This document shows, piece by piece, positions 36,739-46,110 of a stretch of DNA of 64,000 nt. Numbering within the stretch: the stretch's first letter is position 1; every line of letters starts with the position of its first letter. A program made the translations under genes and the position numbers. The notes below the pieces were generated by a model, which was given only the letters and a program-made list of their open reading frames with translations, was not told where the DNA came from and made no database searches. The stretch comes from an uncultured Eubacteriales bacterium (GTDB lineage Bacteria > Bacillota > Clostridia > Oscillospirales > CAG-272): NCBI GenBank assembly GCA_949299535.1, contig CASGAQ010000004.1:21468-85467 (forward strand), read 5' to 3'.

Positions 36739-39700
36739 ATGCGAAGTTTTAACGAAGAATTTAAAAATCCCGATATAAAATTTCGTGCAAAACCATTTTG
36801 GGCGTGGAACGGAAAACTTGAAAAGAGCGAACTGCTCCGCCAAATAGATGTAATGCGCGATATGGGGTTCGGCGGATTTTTTATGCACTCTCGCACAGGG
36901 CTTAATACAAAGTATCTGGGCGACGAATGGTTTGAACTTATCAATGAATGTGCAGATCATGCAAAAAGTCGGGGCTTGGAAGCGTGGCTGTACGATGAAG
37001 ACAGATGGCCGAGCGGCACTGCCGGAGGCGAAGTCACAAAAAAACCCGAAAACAGAATGCATTTTGTTTACATATATTTTGACGGTGAAAAGCCGGAATA
37101 TCCCATTGCCGAATTTGCAGTCAAAATGAACGGAGATTTTCTTATTTCATACCGTCGTATTTCAGATAACTGTGAAGACGGTACTTTGCTTGAAGGCGAG
37201 AAAAAAATATCGTTCGGTATTGTCGAGATGGAATGCAGCAGTTTCTATAACGGACAGACGTATGTCGATACAATGAACAAAAAGGCAACGGAAGAATTTA
37301 TTGAATCGACACATAAACAGTATGTGGAAAGATGCGGAGAACGTATAGGCGACAGCATAGTCGGCATATTCACCGATGAACCTCATCGCGGTCCGCTGCT
37401 CTCGTCTTTCGGTCAGGGCGTCGCATCAAAAGGCGCACAGATACCGTGGACTCCGGCACTGCCGAATGAATTTAAGAAACGATTCGGATATGATATTATC
37501 GACCGTTTGCCGGAAGTTTTTCTTCGTTATGACAAAAAACCCTCGGCGTTGAAATGGCAGTATATAGAACTTTTGCAGGAACTTTTTATTGAAAATTTCG
37601 CGCGTCCCATAGATCGCTACTGCCGTGAGCATAAAATGATACTTACAGGGCATGTTATTCAGGAAGATTCGCTGACAGCTCAAACTGTAATGTCGGGCTC
37701 CATGATGCGTTATTACAAGGAAATGGAGTATCCCGGAATAGATTTTTTGGGACAGTGGAAACGTTGCTATTGGATAGCAAAACAGCTTCAGTCTGTGGCG
37801 CGTCAATTTGATAAATCCATGCTGCTTTCTGAACTTGACGGCGGTACAGGCTGGCATATGTCGCTTGAGGATTATAAATCCGTCGGCGACTGGCAGGCGC
37901 TTTACGGTATCAATCTCCGCTGTCCGCACTTGTCTTGGTATACTATGCTTGGTCAGGCAAAACGCGATTATCCCGCGTCCATTCTCAGTCAATCCCCGTG
38001 GTGGCGCGAATATGCTTATCTTGAGGATTACTATGCTCGCATAGCACGCTTTGAAGCAGACGGACGCCCCGAATGTCGCCTGCTTGTGATACATCCTGTC
38101 GAAAGTGTATGGTCCCGCGTTTACTATGGCTGGAGCGAATCACTTTATGCAAAAGACGAGGAAGTTCAGCGTCTGGAAGATCATTTCAGCCGTCTTTTCT
38201 ATATGCTCGTACGGGCTCATGTGGATTTCGACTACGGCGACGAAGGTCTTATGGCTGAATACGCTCATGTCGAAAACGGAAAAATCTATGTGGGAAATGC
38301 ATCATACGACAGAGTTTTAGTCAGCGGACTTGATACGATAAGAGGTACTACCGCGGAACTTTTGAAGCGTTTTGCTGAGAGCGGCGGACGCCTTGTTGTA
38401 GCAGGAGATGCGCCGGAAGCTGTCGACTGCATTCCCGGTGCACCCGATTGGAACTCCTTAAATATAGCATTTGACGACGATGCTGTTGCAAAAACCTTTG
38501 CCGACTCTGCAATAGACATAAAATATTCAGACGGAACAAATGCAAGCGATATAATCTGCCAAGCTAAGCGTACTGAAAGCGGAGAACTTCGTATTGTTCT
38601 TCTCAACGACAACAGAGATGAAGAACATAAGAAGGTTCGCGTGCGCGTCAAAGCAGACGGAAATGTTGTCCGCTGCGTTGCTGAAACGGGTGACGTTGTA
38701 CCCGTTGAATTTACAAGGGACGATGAATACGCAGAATTTACTCTTGATTTTGAGGCAAAGACTCTCATGCTCATATCGGTAGGCGGAGAACATGAACTCT
38801 CTTTGGAAGAAAAGTACGATACCTCAGGTGCAGAGAGCTTTACAGTTGACTGTGATTTCAAATATGAACTCGATGAGCCTAACATATTTGTGCTTGACTA
38901 TGCACAGGTCTCCGTGAACGGTGAGGAAATGAGCGAACCTATGGAAGTTCTCCGAGCAGACCGATATGTACGCACTCGCTTTGACCTTCCGTTCCGCGGC
39001 GGCCAGATGCTTCAGCCTTGGTTCGTAGGTCAAAGAGAAATTCCCGTCAAGGGACACGTTACGATAAAATTCAAATTTGATATAGAAACGCTTCCTAAGA
39101 CCTCATTAAAACTCGTTATGGAAGAACCGTGGAATTTTAAAACGCAAGTAAACGGAAAGCTTCTTGAAAATTTGTGCGAGGATTTCTTCTGGGCTGACAA
39201 CTGTTTCCATGCTTATGAAGTGTCTGCCGAACTTTTGCATATTGGCTGCAATGAGATAACACTTGATACCGAATACCGCGAGGACAGCAATATTGAGGCA
39301 ATATATTTAATGGGAGAGTTCGGTGTTCGCCTTGACGGAACCGAAAAGTTTATGACTGACGTTCCGGAACGTCTTAAAATAGGAAGTATAACGGAACAGG
39401 GATTTCCTTTCTATTCCGGCAAGGTAACATATTTTGTTCCTGTCGGCGATAAGCTTGAAGGTAAAAAAGTGGTACTTGATACAGACAAATATGCGGGAAG
39501 CTGTATCAGCATTTCAGGCAGAGGAAGAAATGAGCTTATAGCATGGCGTCCGTATACCGCGGATGTGACCGGAATGAGCGAAAACGGTATTTTGAAAGTG
39601 ACATCAGTTCTTACAAGACGCAATACTTTCGGTCCGCTTCACAAGGTAACAAAGTATTCTTCTTGTTGCGGTCCAAACAACTTTGAAACTACCGGAAACG

Positions 39701-39774
39701 ATTATTCTGATGAATACATACTTTTTGACAACGGTCTTATGAATCCGCTTAAATTTACTCTTTATAAAAAATAA
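36739..39774 (+). CDS. large putative glycoside hydrolase (family not assignable by eye)
   Basis: 1011 aa with no signal peptide. The N-terminus FRAKPFWAWNGKLEKSELLRQIDVMRDMGFGGFFMHSRTGL...WLYDEDRWPSGTAGG resembles a recurrent glycosidase-like N-terminal barrel seen in gut bacteria. The neighbourhood encodes glycan-degrading enzymes. Confidence 0.5.
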   Translation: MRSFNEEFKNPDIKFRAKPFWAWNGKLEKSELLRQIDVMRDMGFGGFFMHSRTGLNTKYLGDEWFELINECADHAKSRGLEAWLYDEDRWPSGTAGGEVTKKPENRMHFVYIYFDGEKPEYPIAEFAVKMNGDFLISYRRISDNCEDGTLLEGEKKISFGIVEMECSSFYNGQTYVDTMNKKATEEFIESTHKQYVERCGERIGDSIVGIFTDEPHRGPLLSSFGQGVASKGAQIPWTPALPNEFKKRFGYDIIDRLPEVFLRYDKKPSALKWQYIELLQELFIENFARPIDRYCREHKMILTGHVIQEDSLTAQTVMSGSMMRYYKEMEYPGIDFLGQWKRCYWIAKQLQSVARQFDKSMLLSELDGGTGWHMSLEDYKSVGDWQALYGINLRCPHLSWYTMLGQAKRDYPASILSQSPWWREYAYLEDYYARIARFEADGRPECRLLVIHPVESVWSRVYYGWSESLYAKDEEVQRLEDHFSRLFYMLVRAHVDFDYGDEGLMAEYAHVENGKIYVGNASYDRVLVSGLDTIRGTTAELLKRFAESGGRLVVAGDAPEAVDCIPGAPDWNSLNIAFDDDAVAKTFADSAIDIKYSDGTNASDIICQAKRTESGELRIVLLNDNRDEEHKKVRVRVKADGNVVRCVAETGDVVPVEFTRDDEYAEFTLDFEAKTLMLISVGGEHELSLEEKYDTSGAESFTVDCDFKYELDEPNIFVLDYAQVSVNGEEMSEPMEVLRADRYVRTRFDLPFRGGQMLQPWFVGQREIPVKGHVTIKFKFDIETLPKTSLKLVMEEPWNFKTQVNGKLLENLCEDFFWADNCFHAYEVSAELLHIGCNEITLDTEYREDSNIEAIYLMGEFGVRLDGTEKFMTDVPERLKIGSITEQGFPFYSGKVTYFVPVGDKLEGKKVVLDTDKYAGSCISISGRGRNELIAWRPYTADVTGMSENGILKVTSVLTRRNTFGPLHKVTKYSSCCGPNNFETTGNDYSDEYILFDNGLMNPLKFTLYKK

Positions 39775-39813
39775 AATTATATGATTTCGGTGCCTCCGAG
39801 GTGACGAAATAAA

Positions 39814-39862
39814 CAAAAACCTCTGATATTTGTACACACAGTATAAATATCAGAGGTTTTTT
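39814..39862. terminator. bidirectional intrinsic terminator between convergent genes
   Basis: 13-bp perfect stem ACCTCTGATATTT / AAATATCAGAGGT with an A-run upstream and T6 downstream. Confidence 0.75.
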
Positions 39863-39883
39863 GATATTTGCAACATTATTGAT

Positions 39884-41110
39884 TTATTTTTGCCTGCCCA
39901 GACGATATTCAAAATCTTTGTATCCGAAAGATGTGAGCTTTATGAAATCGCCTTCTTTTGTTCGCTTCCATATATCGGGCAATGGCATACCGTTAAAAGT
40001 GTTGTTTTTGCAGGTAGTGTATATCGCCATATCGCCGAACAGAAGCAGTTCTTTTTCGCAAAGATCATGTCCGAACGAATAACTTCCTATAATATCTCCT
40101 GCAAGGCAAGTAGGACCGCTGAGACGGTAGATATGCTCTGTTCCGATTGGCTCCGTTATTTCGGAATTTGCACCGTAAAGAGGAGGAGTGTACGGCATCT
40201 CTATGACATCAGGCATATGGCACGCGGCGCTCGCGTCGAGAATTGCCGTTTTTATACCTTTGTTTTCCACGATATCAAGAACTCGGGCGGCGAGATATCC
40301 GGCGTTCAGCGCTACGGCTTCGCCCGGCTCAAGATATACCTGAAGTTCCCACCGACTCTGTGCATAAGATATACATTTTTCAAGCAGGGCGATATCATAC
40401 CCCTGTTTTGTTATATGGTGTCCGCCTCCCATATTCAGCCACTTCATGCGAGGCAGGGTGTCGCCGAAAAGTTTTTCGACCGAGGCAAGCGTTGCTTCAA
40501 GGGCGTTCGAGTTCTGTTCGCAAAGCGTATGAAAATGAAGCCCGTCGAGAAGAGAAATCAGTTCTTCGGTCATTTGCATGTCCCATTGCTCCCTTGTTGT
40601 ACCAAGCCTGCTGCCCGGGGCGCAGGGATCATATATCTCGTGGTCTGTTTGCGTAGAACATTCGGGATTTATCCGAAGCCCCACGCTTTTTCCGCACGCT
40701 TTTGCTTTAGCACCGAATTTTCTGAGTTGGCTTGGAGAATTGAAAACTATATGGTCTGCGTATAAAAGAAGTTCGTCAAATTCATTTTCTCCGTATGCTC
40801 CGCAGAAAACATGTACCTCTCGCGAGGGCATTTTTTCTTTGCCGAGTCTTGCTTCATAAAGACCGCTTGCTTCCGTGCCCGAAATATATTTTGAAAGCAG
40901 GGGATAGAAATCATAGTTTGAAAATGCTTTTTGAGCCAGCAGTATCTTGCAGTTCGTGTTTTCCATGACCGAGCGAAGTATTTCGCAATTTTTTATAAGT
41001 GCGGATTCATCTATAATGTAGCACGGGGTAGGCAGGGAAGCGAATATATCTGCGGGCGGTTTGCCTCCGAGAGAGGCGAAAACAGGTCTTGTTTCTTTAA
41101 GATTTGTCAT
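39884..41110 (-). CDS. nspC: carboxy(nor)spermidine decarboxylase
   Basis: 408 aa. Alanine-racemase-fold decarboxylase with PTPCYIIDE, the HFHTLCEQ region and LNMGGG; typical CANSDC length and layout. Its start overlaps the upstream stop by 1 nt. Confidence 0.85.
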   Translation of the reverse strand: MTNLKETRPVFASLGGKPPADIFASLPTPCYIIDESALIKNCEILRSVMENTNCKILLAQKAFSNYDFYPLLSKYISGTEASGLYEARLGKEKMPSREVHVFCGAYGENEFDELLLYADHIVFNSPSQLRKFGAKAKACGKSVGLRINPECSTQTDHEIYDPCAPGSRLGTTREQWDMQMTEELISLLDGLHFHTLCEQNSNALEATLASVEKLFGDTLPRMKWLNMGGGHHITKQGYDIALLEKCISYAQSRWELQVYLEPGEAVALNAGYLAARVLDIVENKGIKTAILDASAACHMPDVIEMPYTPPLYGANSEITEPIGTEHIYRLSGPTCLAGDIIGSYSFGHDLCEKELLLFGDMAIYTTCKNNTFNGMPLPDIWKRTKEGDFIKLTSFGYKDFEYRLGRQK

Positions 41111-42369
41111 TAGTCTACCAGAACGGGGGAGTGGCTTTCACGGGAAGGAAGCCCGTATTTCCCGAGAGCTTCAAGGAACGGATCCGGATCGAATTCTTCT
41201 ACGTTGTATACGCCTGCTTTATTCCATTTTCCCGTGAGAAGCATCATAGCGCCGCACATTGCCGGAACGCCTGTCGTGTAGCTTATCGCTTGGCTTTCAA
41301 CCTCGCGATAGCATTCCTGATGGTCGCATACATTGTAAATATAGTATGTTTTTTCCTTGCCGTCTTTTTTGCCGGTAAAGATACAGCCGATATTTGTTTT
41401 ACCGTGTGTGCGAGGACCCAGACTTGCAGGGTCGGGAAGGAGCGCTTTCAGAAATTTTATGGGAACTATTTCATGTCCTTCAAAATTTATGGGAGTCGTT
41501 GAGAGCATACCGACGTTTTCAAGACACTTCATATGCGTGAGATAACTTTGTCCGAACGTCATGAAAAATCTTATTCTTTTTACTTCGGGAATATTGAGCG
41601 CCAAGGACTCTATTTCTTCATGGTGAAGAAGATACATATCTTTTTGACCGACATCGTCAAAGTTATATTCTCTCTTTATGCTCATAGCGGGAATCTCTAT
41701 CCAGCGTCCGTTTTCCCAGTAGCTTCCGGGGGCGGAAACTTCGCGGAGGTTTACTTCGGGATTGAAGTTTGTTGCAAAAGGATAGCCATGATCTCCGCCG
41801 TTGCAGTCGAGAATGTCGATAGTGTCTATCGTATCAAATTCGTGTTTTTTTGCATAAGCGCAGTAAGCCTGTGTTACTCCGGGATCAAATCCGCAGCCGA
41901 GAAGCGCGGTAAGTCCGGCTTTTTCAAATTTTTCTTTGTACGCCCATTGCCAGCTGTAATCAAAATATGCGGAAAATCCTGCTTCTTTACAGCGTTTTTC
42001 ATAAACTGCACGCCATTCGGGGTCATCTGTGTCTTCAGGCTCATAGTTAGCTGTGTCCATGTAATTTACACCGCAGGCAAGGCAAGCGTCCATTATCGTA
42101 AGATCCTGATAGGGCAGAGCGATATTCATTACAAGGTCGGGTTTATAGGAATTTATAAGTTCGATAACTTCATTAAGATTATCTGCATTGACCTGTGCTG
42201 TTGTGATTTTTGTCTTTGTTTTACCCTTGAGAGCTTCCGCAAGGGCTTCACATTTTGAAAGCGTTCTGCTGGCTATGCAAAGTTCTGTGAAAACATCGCT
42301 TGCCTGACAGCATTTTCTGATAGCGACGGAAGCAACGCCGCCGCAGCCTATTACCAATACTTTGCTCAT
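41110..42369 (-). CDS. carboxy(nor)spermidine synthase/dehydrogenase (saccharopine dehydrogenase family)
   Basis: 419 aa, collinear from memory with Vibrio CANSDH. Matching segments are VIGCGGV, GFDPGV, DGDHGYPFATNFNPE, LLPDP, GKKDGKE, AISYTTGVPA and DPDPFLE. Confidence 0.85.
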   Translation of the reverse strand: MSKVLVIGCGGVASVAIRKCCQASDVFTELCIASRTLSKCEALAEALKGKTKTKITTAQVNADNLNEVIELINSYKPDLVMNIALPYQDLTIMDACLACGVNYMDTANYEPEDTDDPEWRAVYEKRCKEAGFSAYFDYSWQWAYKEKFEKAGLTALLGCGFDPGVTQAYCAYAKKHEFDTIDTIDILDCNGGDHGYPFATNFNPEVNLREVSAPGSYWENGRWIEIPAMSIKREYNFDDVGQKDMYLLHHEEIESLALNIPEVKRIRFFMTFGQSYLTHMKCLENVGMLSTTPINFEGHEIVPIKFLKALLPDPASLGPRTHGKTNIGCIFTGKKDGKEKTYYIYNVCDHQECYREVESQAISYTTGVPAMCGAMMLLTGKWNKAGVYNVEEFDPDPFLEALGKYGLPSRESHSPVLVD

Positions 42370-42396
42370 TTTTTATATCTTCTCCTTGATCTTTCA

Positions 42397-43257
42397 TTAG
42401 TTTTTGTATATTGCCAATATCAATTCTCTGAGTACCTTGCATGCGGCGGCAGTGGACGCGCCGCTTGAGTCGAGCATTGGAGCTAACTCTGTTATATCGG
42501 CTCCTATAATATTTGTTGTTGCTGCTTCGGATATCGCATTCAAAAGCTGAACGAATCCGACGCCGCCTGCCTCCGGCGTACCCGTACCGCAGAATATAGA
42601 AGGATCGAGGCAGTCAAGGTCTATCGTGAAATATACGGGGACATTTTTTTTCGCAAGTTCGCGGCATAATTCATTTAATCCGTCAAATCCGAACTTGTGC
42701 ATATCCGTATGCTTGCAAGCAAATTCAAACTCTGTTCTGTCACCGCTTCTTATACAGAACTGATGTATTTTTCCGTCGCCGAGAATATCATGACATCTGC
42801 GTATGACCGCGGCATGACTTAATTTTGCTCCGAGGTAATCGTTGCGCAAGTCTGCGTGAGCGTCAAAATGTATGATATGCATGTTTTCATATTTTTTTGC
42901 CGCCGCGCGCACAGCGCCGAGCGTTACCAAATGTTCGCCGCCGATAAGCAGCGGCAGTTTGCCGTCGGACAATATTTCGGAAGCACGATCTTCGATGTCG
43001 CAAAGCGCAGACTCAGCAGAGCCGAAACAAAGTTCAAGATCTCCGCAATCGAATACGCGACAGTCGGATAAATCTTTATCCTGATAAGGACTGTAAGTTT
43101 CAATTCCGAAGCTTTCGTGCCTTATTGCGGAAGAGCCGAAGCGCGCTCCCGGGCGAAAGCTTGTCGTGGAATCGAAGGGAGCGCCGAAAAGGACGATTTT
43201 CGCACTTTCATAATCGCTGTCGCATCCTATGAAACATTCAAAATTCCTATCTGTCAT
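42397..43257 (-). CDS. speB: agmatinase / ureohydrolase family enzyme
   Basis: 286 aa. Mn-binding motifs GGEH, HFDAHADL and SIDLDxLDP (here TIDLDCLDPS). Confidence 0.85.
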   Translation of the reverse strand: MTDRNFECFIGCDSDYESAKIVLFGAPFDSTTSFRPGARFGSSAIRHESFGIETYSPYQDKDLSDCRVFDCGDLELCFGSAESALCDIEDRASEILSDGKLPLLIGGEHLVTLGAVRAAAKKYENMHIIHFDAHADLRNDYLGAKLSHAAVIRRCHDILGDGKIHQFCIRSGDRTEFEFACKHTDMHKFGFDGLNELCRELAKKNVPVYFTIDLDCLDPSIFCGTGTPEAGGVGFVQLLNAISEAATTNIIGADITELAPMLDSSGASTAAACKVLRELILAIYKN

Positions 43258-44108
43258 TTTTCAACCTCCATAAGCATTTTTTCAAGAAATGCGGGCAAAT
43301 AGAATGCTCCGATGTGAAGTTTTGTCGTATAATACCGTGTCTCAAGTCCGAACTGTTCCCAGCGTTTTGCGTCAAGATCGTCTATGGGGTGATATTTTTT
43401 ACTTGAAAATCCGAAGAGCCAGTATCCGGCTGCATATGTGGGAATATGCGCCTGATAAACGCGGCTTACCGGGAAAAGATTTACTATTCTCTGATGGCTT
43501 CTCTGCATCGCTTCGGCGTCATGCTTGAAAAACGGACTTCCTTGCTGATTGACCATTATACCGTCGTCATGCAGCGCGTTGTAGCATATGCCGTAAAACT
43601 CACGGGTAAAGTATCCTTCGGATGGACCGAAAGGGTCTGTGGAGTCGACGATGATAAGGTCGTATTCGTCCTTACATCTGCGTATGAACCTCAGTGCGTT
43701 GTCAAAATAGATATTCACGCGGCTGTCGTCGAGTTTGCTTGCGTTTTCCGGCAGATACATTCGGCAAGCTTCGATTACCATGGGGTCCATTTCCACAAGG
43801 TCTATTCGTCTGACACCGTCATATCGTGTAAGTTCTTTGACCACTCCGCCGTCTCCGGCGCCGATAACCAGAACGTCTTTTATATTGGGATGAACCGCCA
43901 TAGGTATATGTGTTATCATTTCGTCATATATAAATTCATCTCGCTCTGTAAGCACAACGTTTCCGTCGAGCGTGAGTACTTTTCCAAATTCGGGTGTTTC
44001 AAAAATATCTATGCGCTGATAGGCGCTTTGCTCGGAGTAAAGATGACGGTTTACACGTATGCTGTGCTTTACGTCGGGAGCGTGAAATTCGCTGAACCAT
44101 ATCTCCAT
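43254..44108 (-). CDS. speE: spermidine synthase-type aminopropyltransferase
   Basis: The ORF track opens at TTG 44138. ATG 44108 (MEIWFSEF...) aligns with known SpeE N-termini. Motifs DGNVVLTERDEFIYDEM, VIGAGDGG and DSTDPFGP. Confidence 0.85.
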   Translation of the reverse strand: MEIWFSEFHAPDVKHSIRVNRHLYSEQSAYQRIDIFETPEFGKVLTLDGNVVLTERDEFIYDEMITHIPMAVHPNIKDVLVIGAGDGGVVKELTRYDGVRRIDLVEMDPMVIEACRMYLPENASKLDDSRVNIYFDNALRFIRRCKDEYDLIIVDSTDPFGPSEGYFTREFYGICYNALHDDGIMVNQQGSPFFKHDAEAMQRSHQRIVNLFPVSRVYQAHIPTYAAGYWLFGFSSKKYHPIDDLDAKRWEQFGLETRYYTTKLHIGAFYLPAFLEKMLMEVEK

Positions 44109-44210
44109 TGTTTTTGGTGACTTCCTTTCCGACGCCAACGGCGTCTTTGTTAAATTTATGTACCGAAGCGGGTATTTTTCGGATTTAGCATAAAACGCCT
44201 TAAATGTTTT

Positions 44211-45659
44211 TTATGCAAGTACGTTGATGTTCATTATATCGGGATCTTCAGGACCTGTCATAGAACAACCCTTTATTCTTGCGTATTCAATATAATCCAG
44301 TATTTCTTTTGTTATGCGTTCTCCCGGCGCCAGTATCGGTATTCCGGGAGGGTAGCACATTACAAATTCGGAGCAGACGCAGCCTGCGCTCTCTCCGATG
44401 GGCAAACTCTTTTTCTTTGCGTAGAACGCTTCCTGAGGACTTGCGACCACTTCAGGGTCGATGTATTCCTGAGATAAAAGTCCGCTTGGGTCTTTTTGAT
44501 AACGTCGGCGTATTTCGGCAAGAGCGCTTACAAGCCGTTCAAGCTCCTGCGGTCTGTCGCCCATGGAAAGATATGCCAGTATATTTCCTATATCTCCAAA
44601 TTCTATCTGTATATCATAATCATCGCGCAGTATATCGTAGACTTCGATTCCTGCAAGCCCTATATCTCTTGTATGAACGCTGAGCTTTGTCGGGTCGAAA
44701 TCGTATATGGAATTTCCGTTTACTATTTCTTTGCCGAATGCGTAATATCCGCCTATCGCATTTATCTCTTCTCTTGCATAATCGGCCATTTCCACAACTT
44801 TTGCAAAGACGTTTTTTCCTCTGAGCGCGAGGTTTCTGCGGCTTATATCAAGGCTGGACATCAAAAGATAGCTTGCGGAAGTTGTTTGCGTAAGATTTAT
44901 TATCTGGCGCACATAGCCATCGTTTATGTTCTTACCCGTCAAAAGCAAGCTTGACTGCGTAAGGCTACCGCCGCTTTTGTGCATGGAAACAGACGCCATA
45001 TCCGCACCGGCACTCATTGCGGATACCGGCATATTTTCTCCGAAATAAAAGTGAGTGCCGTGAGCCTCGTCGGCAAGGCAGAGCATTCCGGCTTTGTGTG
45101 CCATATCGACGATGGCGCGAAGATCGGAACATACCCCGTAATATGTAGGATTGTTTACAAGGACTGCGACGGCGTCCGGATTTTCGGATATTGCCTTTGC
45201 AACCTGTTCGCGCCGCATTCCGAGAGATATGCCGAGTTTGACATCTACCGCAGGATTTACATAGACCGGCACGGCGCCGCAAAGCACAAGAGCATTGATG
45301 ACGCTTCTGTGAACGTTTCTCGGCAGAATTATCTTATCGCCGCGCTTGCATGTAGAAAGCACCATGCTTTGTACGGAGCTTGTGGTACCGCCAACCATTA
45401 AAAATGCGTGTGCGGCGCCGAAAGCTTCAGCCGCCAGCATTTCGGCGTCCCGAATTACGGATATCGGGTGGCATAGATTGTCGAGTGGTTTCATACTGTT
45501 GACGTCGATACTTACGCATTGCTCGCCGAGAAAAGCCGTAAGCTCCGGATTTCCTCTGCCATGCTTATGACCGGGGACGTCAAACGGAACCACTCGCATT
45601 TCTCTGAATTTTTGCAGCGCTTCGTATATAGGCGCTCTGTTCTGATCCGTTTTTTTCAT
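44211..45659 (-). CDS. speA: PLP-dependent arginine/lysine/ornithine decarboxylase (Bacillus SpeA type)
   Basis: The ORF track opens at 45779, but the ATG at 45659 (MKKTDQNRAPIYEAL...) has a GAGGTG SD. The upstream part of that ORF overlaps a terminator hairpin. PLP-lysine motif SMHKSGG. Confidence 0.8.
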   Translation of the reverse strand: MKKTDQNRAPIYEALQKFREMRVVPFDVPGHKHGRGNPELTAFLGEQCVSIDVNSMKPLDNLCHPISVIRDAEMLAAEAFGAAHAFLMVGGTTSSVQSMVLSTCKRGDKIILPRNVHRSVINALVLCGAVPVYVNPAVDVKLGISLGMRREQVAKAISENPDAVAVLVNNPTYYGVCSDLRAIVDMAHKAGMLCLADEAHGTHFYFGENMPVSAMSAGADMASVSMHKSGGSLTQSSLLLTGKNINDGYVRQIINLTQTTSASYLLMSSLDISRRNLALRGKNVFAKVVEMADYAREEINAIGGYYAFGKEIVNGNSIYDFDPTKLSVHTRDIGLAGIEVYDILRDDYDIQIEFGDIGNILAYLSMGDRPQELERLVSALAEIRRRYQKDPSGLLSQEYIDPEVVASPQEAFYAKKKSLPIGESAGCVCSEFVMCYPPGIPILAPGERITKEILDYIEYARIKGCSMTGPEDPDIMNINVLA

Positions 45660-45671
45660 CTTCACACCTCT

Positions 45672-45713
45672 AAAAACAAAAAAGGCACAAACTGCAAAGA
45701 CGCAGTTTGTGCC
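45672..45713 (-). terminator. intrinsic terminator (attenuator) immediately upstream of the speA ribosome-binding site
   Basis: On the minus strand: GGCACAAACTGC-GTCTTT-GCAGTTTGTGCC (12-bp perfect stem) followed by TTTTTTGTTTTT. The SD GAGGTG follows about 2 nt after the T tract. Confidence 0.7.
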
Positions 45714-46075
45714 ATCATAAACTATTATAAAAAGTTTGCAAATAACCTCAAGAGTCATTTTCCATATCGGAAAAGACATGGTATGAGCCGTAAATACAAA
45801 ACTTTAAATAATAAAATTTTGATGATAGGTTTTTTACAGAGTCTATATAGCAATAAACTTTTACTACTCTTTATTGACCGTTTCACAAGTTTGCGCGAAA
45901 TGCACATTCGGTTATAAAGTAACCAACTTATAAAATTTGAGCTTTTAACTCAATCAATAACGACGTTTTTGACCGTCAATCGGCAGTGACCTCGGCTGTC
46001 CGTCCGAATTTTACTCTTAAATTTAAAGAGTGGCCTAATACATTGCTTGCATGACTCTGTTTTAGACTCATAGCG
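45714..46075 (-). promoter_or_regulatory. long untranslated leader of the polyamine operon (candidate cis-regulatory RNA)
   Basis: About 360 nt lie between a consensus promoter and the attenuator hairpin. There is no convincing ORF. The region contains several local hairpins (CTCTT-TAAATTT-AAGAG; CGGACAG...CTGCCG). Confidence 0.4.
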
Positions 46076-46081
46076 TTTTTC

Positions 46082-46110
46082 ATTATAAAGTAATATTCGA
46101 ATTTTGTCAA
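46082..46110 (-). promoter_or_regulatory. consensus sigma-A promoter driving the polyamine operon leader
   Basis: On the minus strand: TTGACA (46110-46105), 17 nt of spacer, TATAAT (46087-46082). Confidence 0.55.

Noticed and set aside
32496-39774. The two glycosidase genes have exactly the same length (1011 aa each), which might suggest a duplication.
   Set aside because: The protein sequences share no visible similarity. One has GH38 motifs and the other a different N-terminal barrel signature. The equal length is a coincidence.
45714-46075. A T-box riboswitch or a leader-peptide attenuator in the speA leader.
   Set aside because: I found no T-box consensus (…GGTGGTACCGCG…) and no specifier-loop/AGAGA architecture. 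The only ORF (31 codons from ATGAGTCTA…) has no SD and starts within a few nt of the predicted transcription start. The element is left as an unclassified leader.
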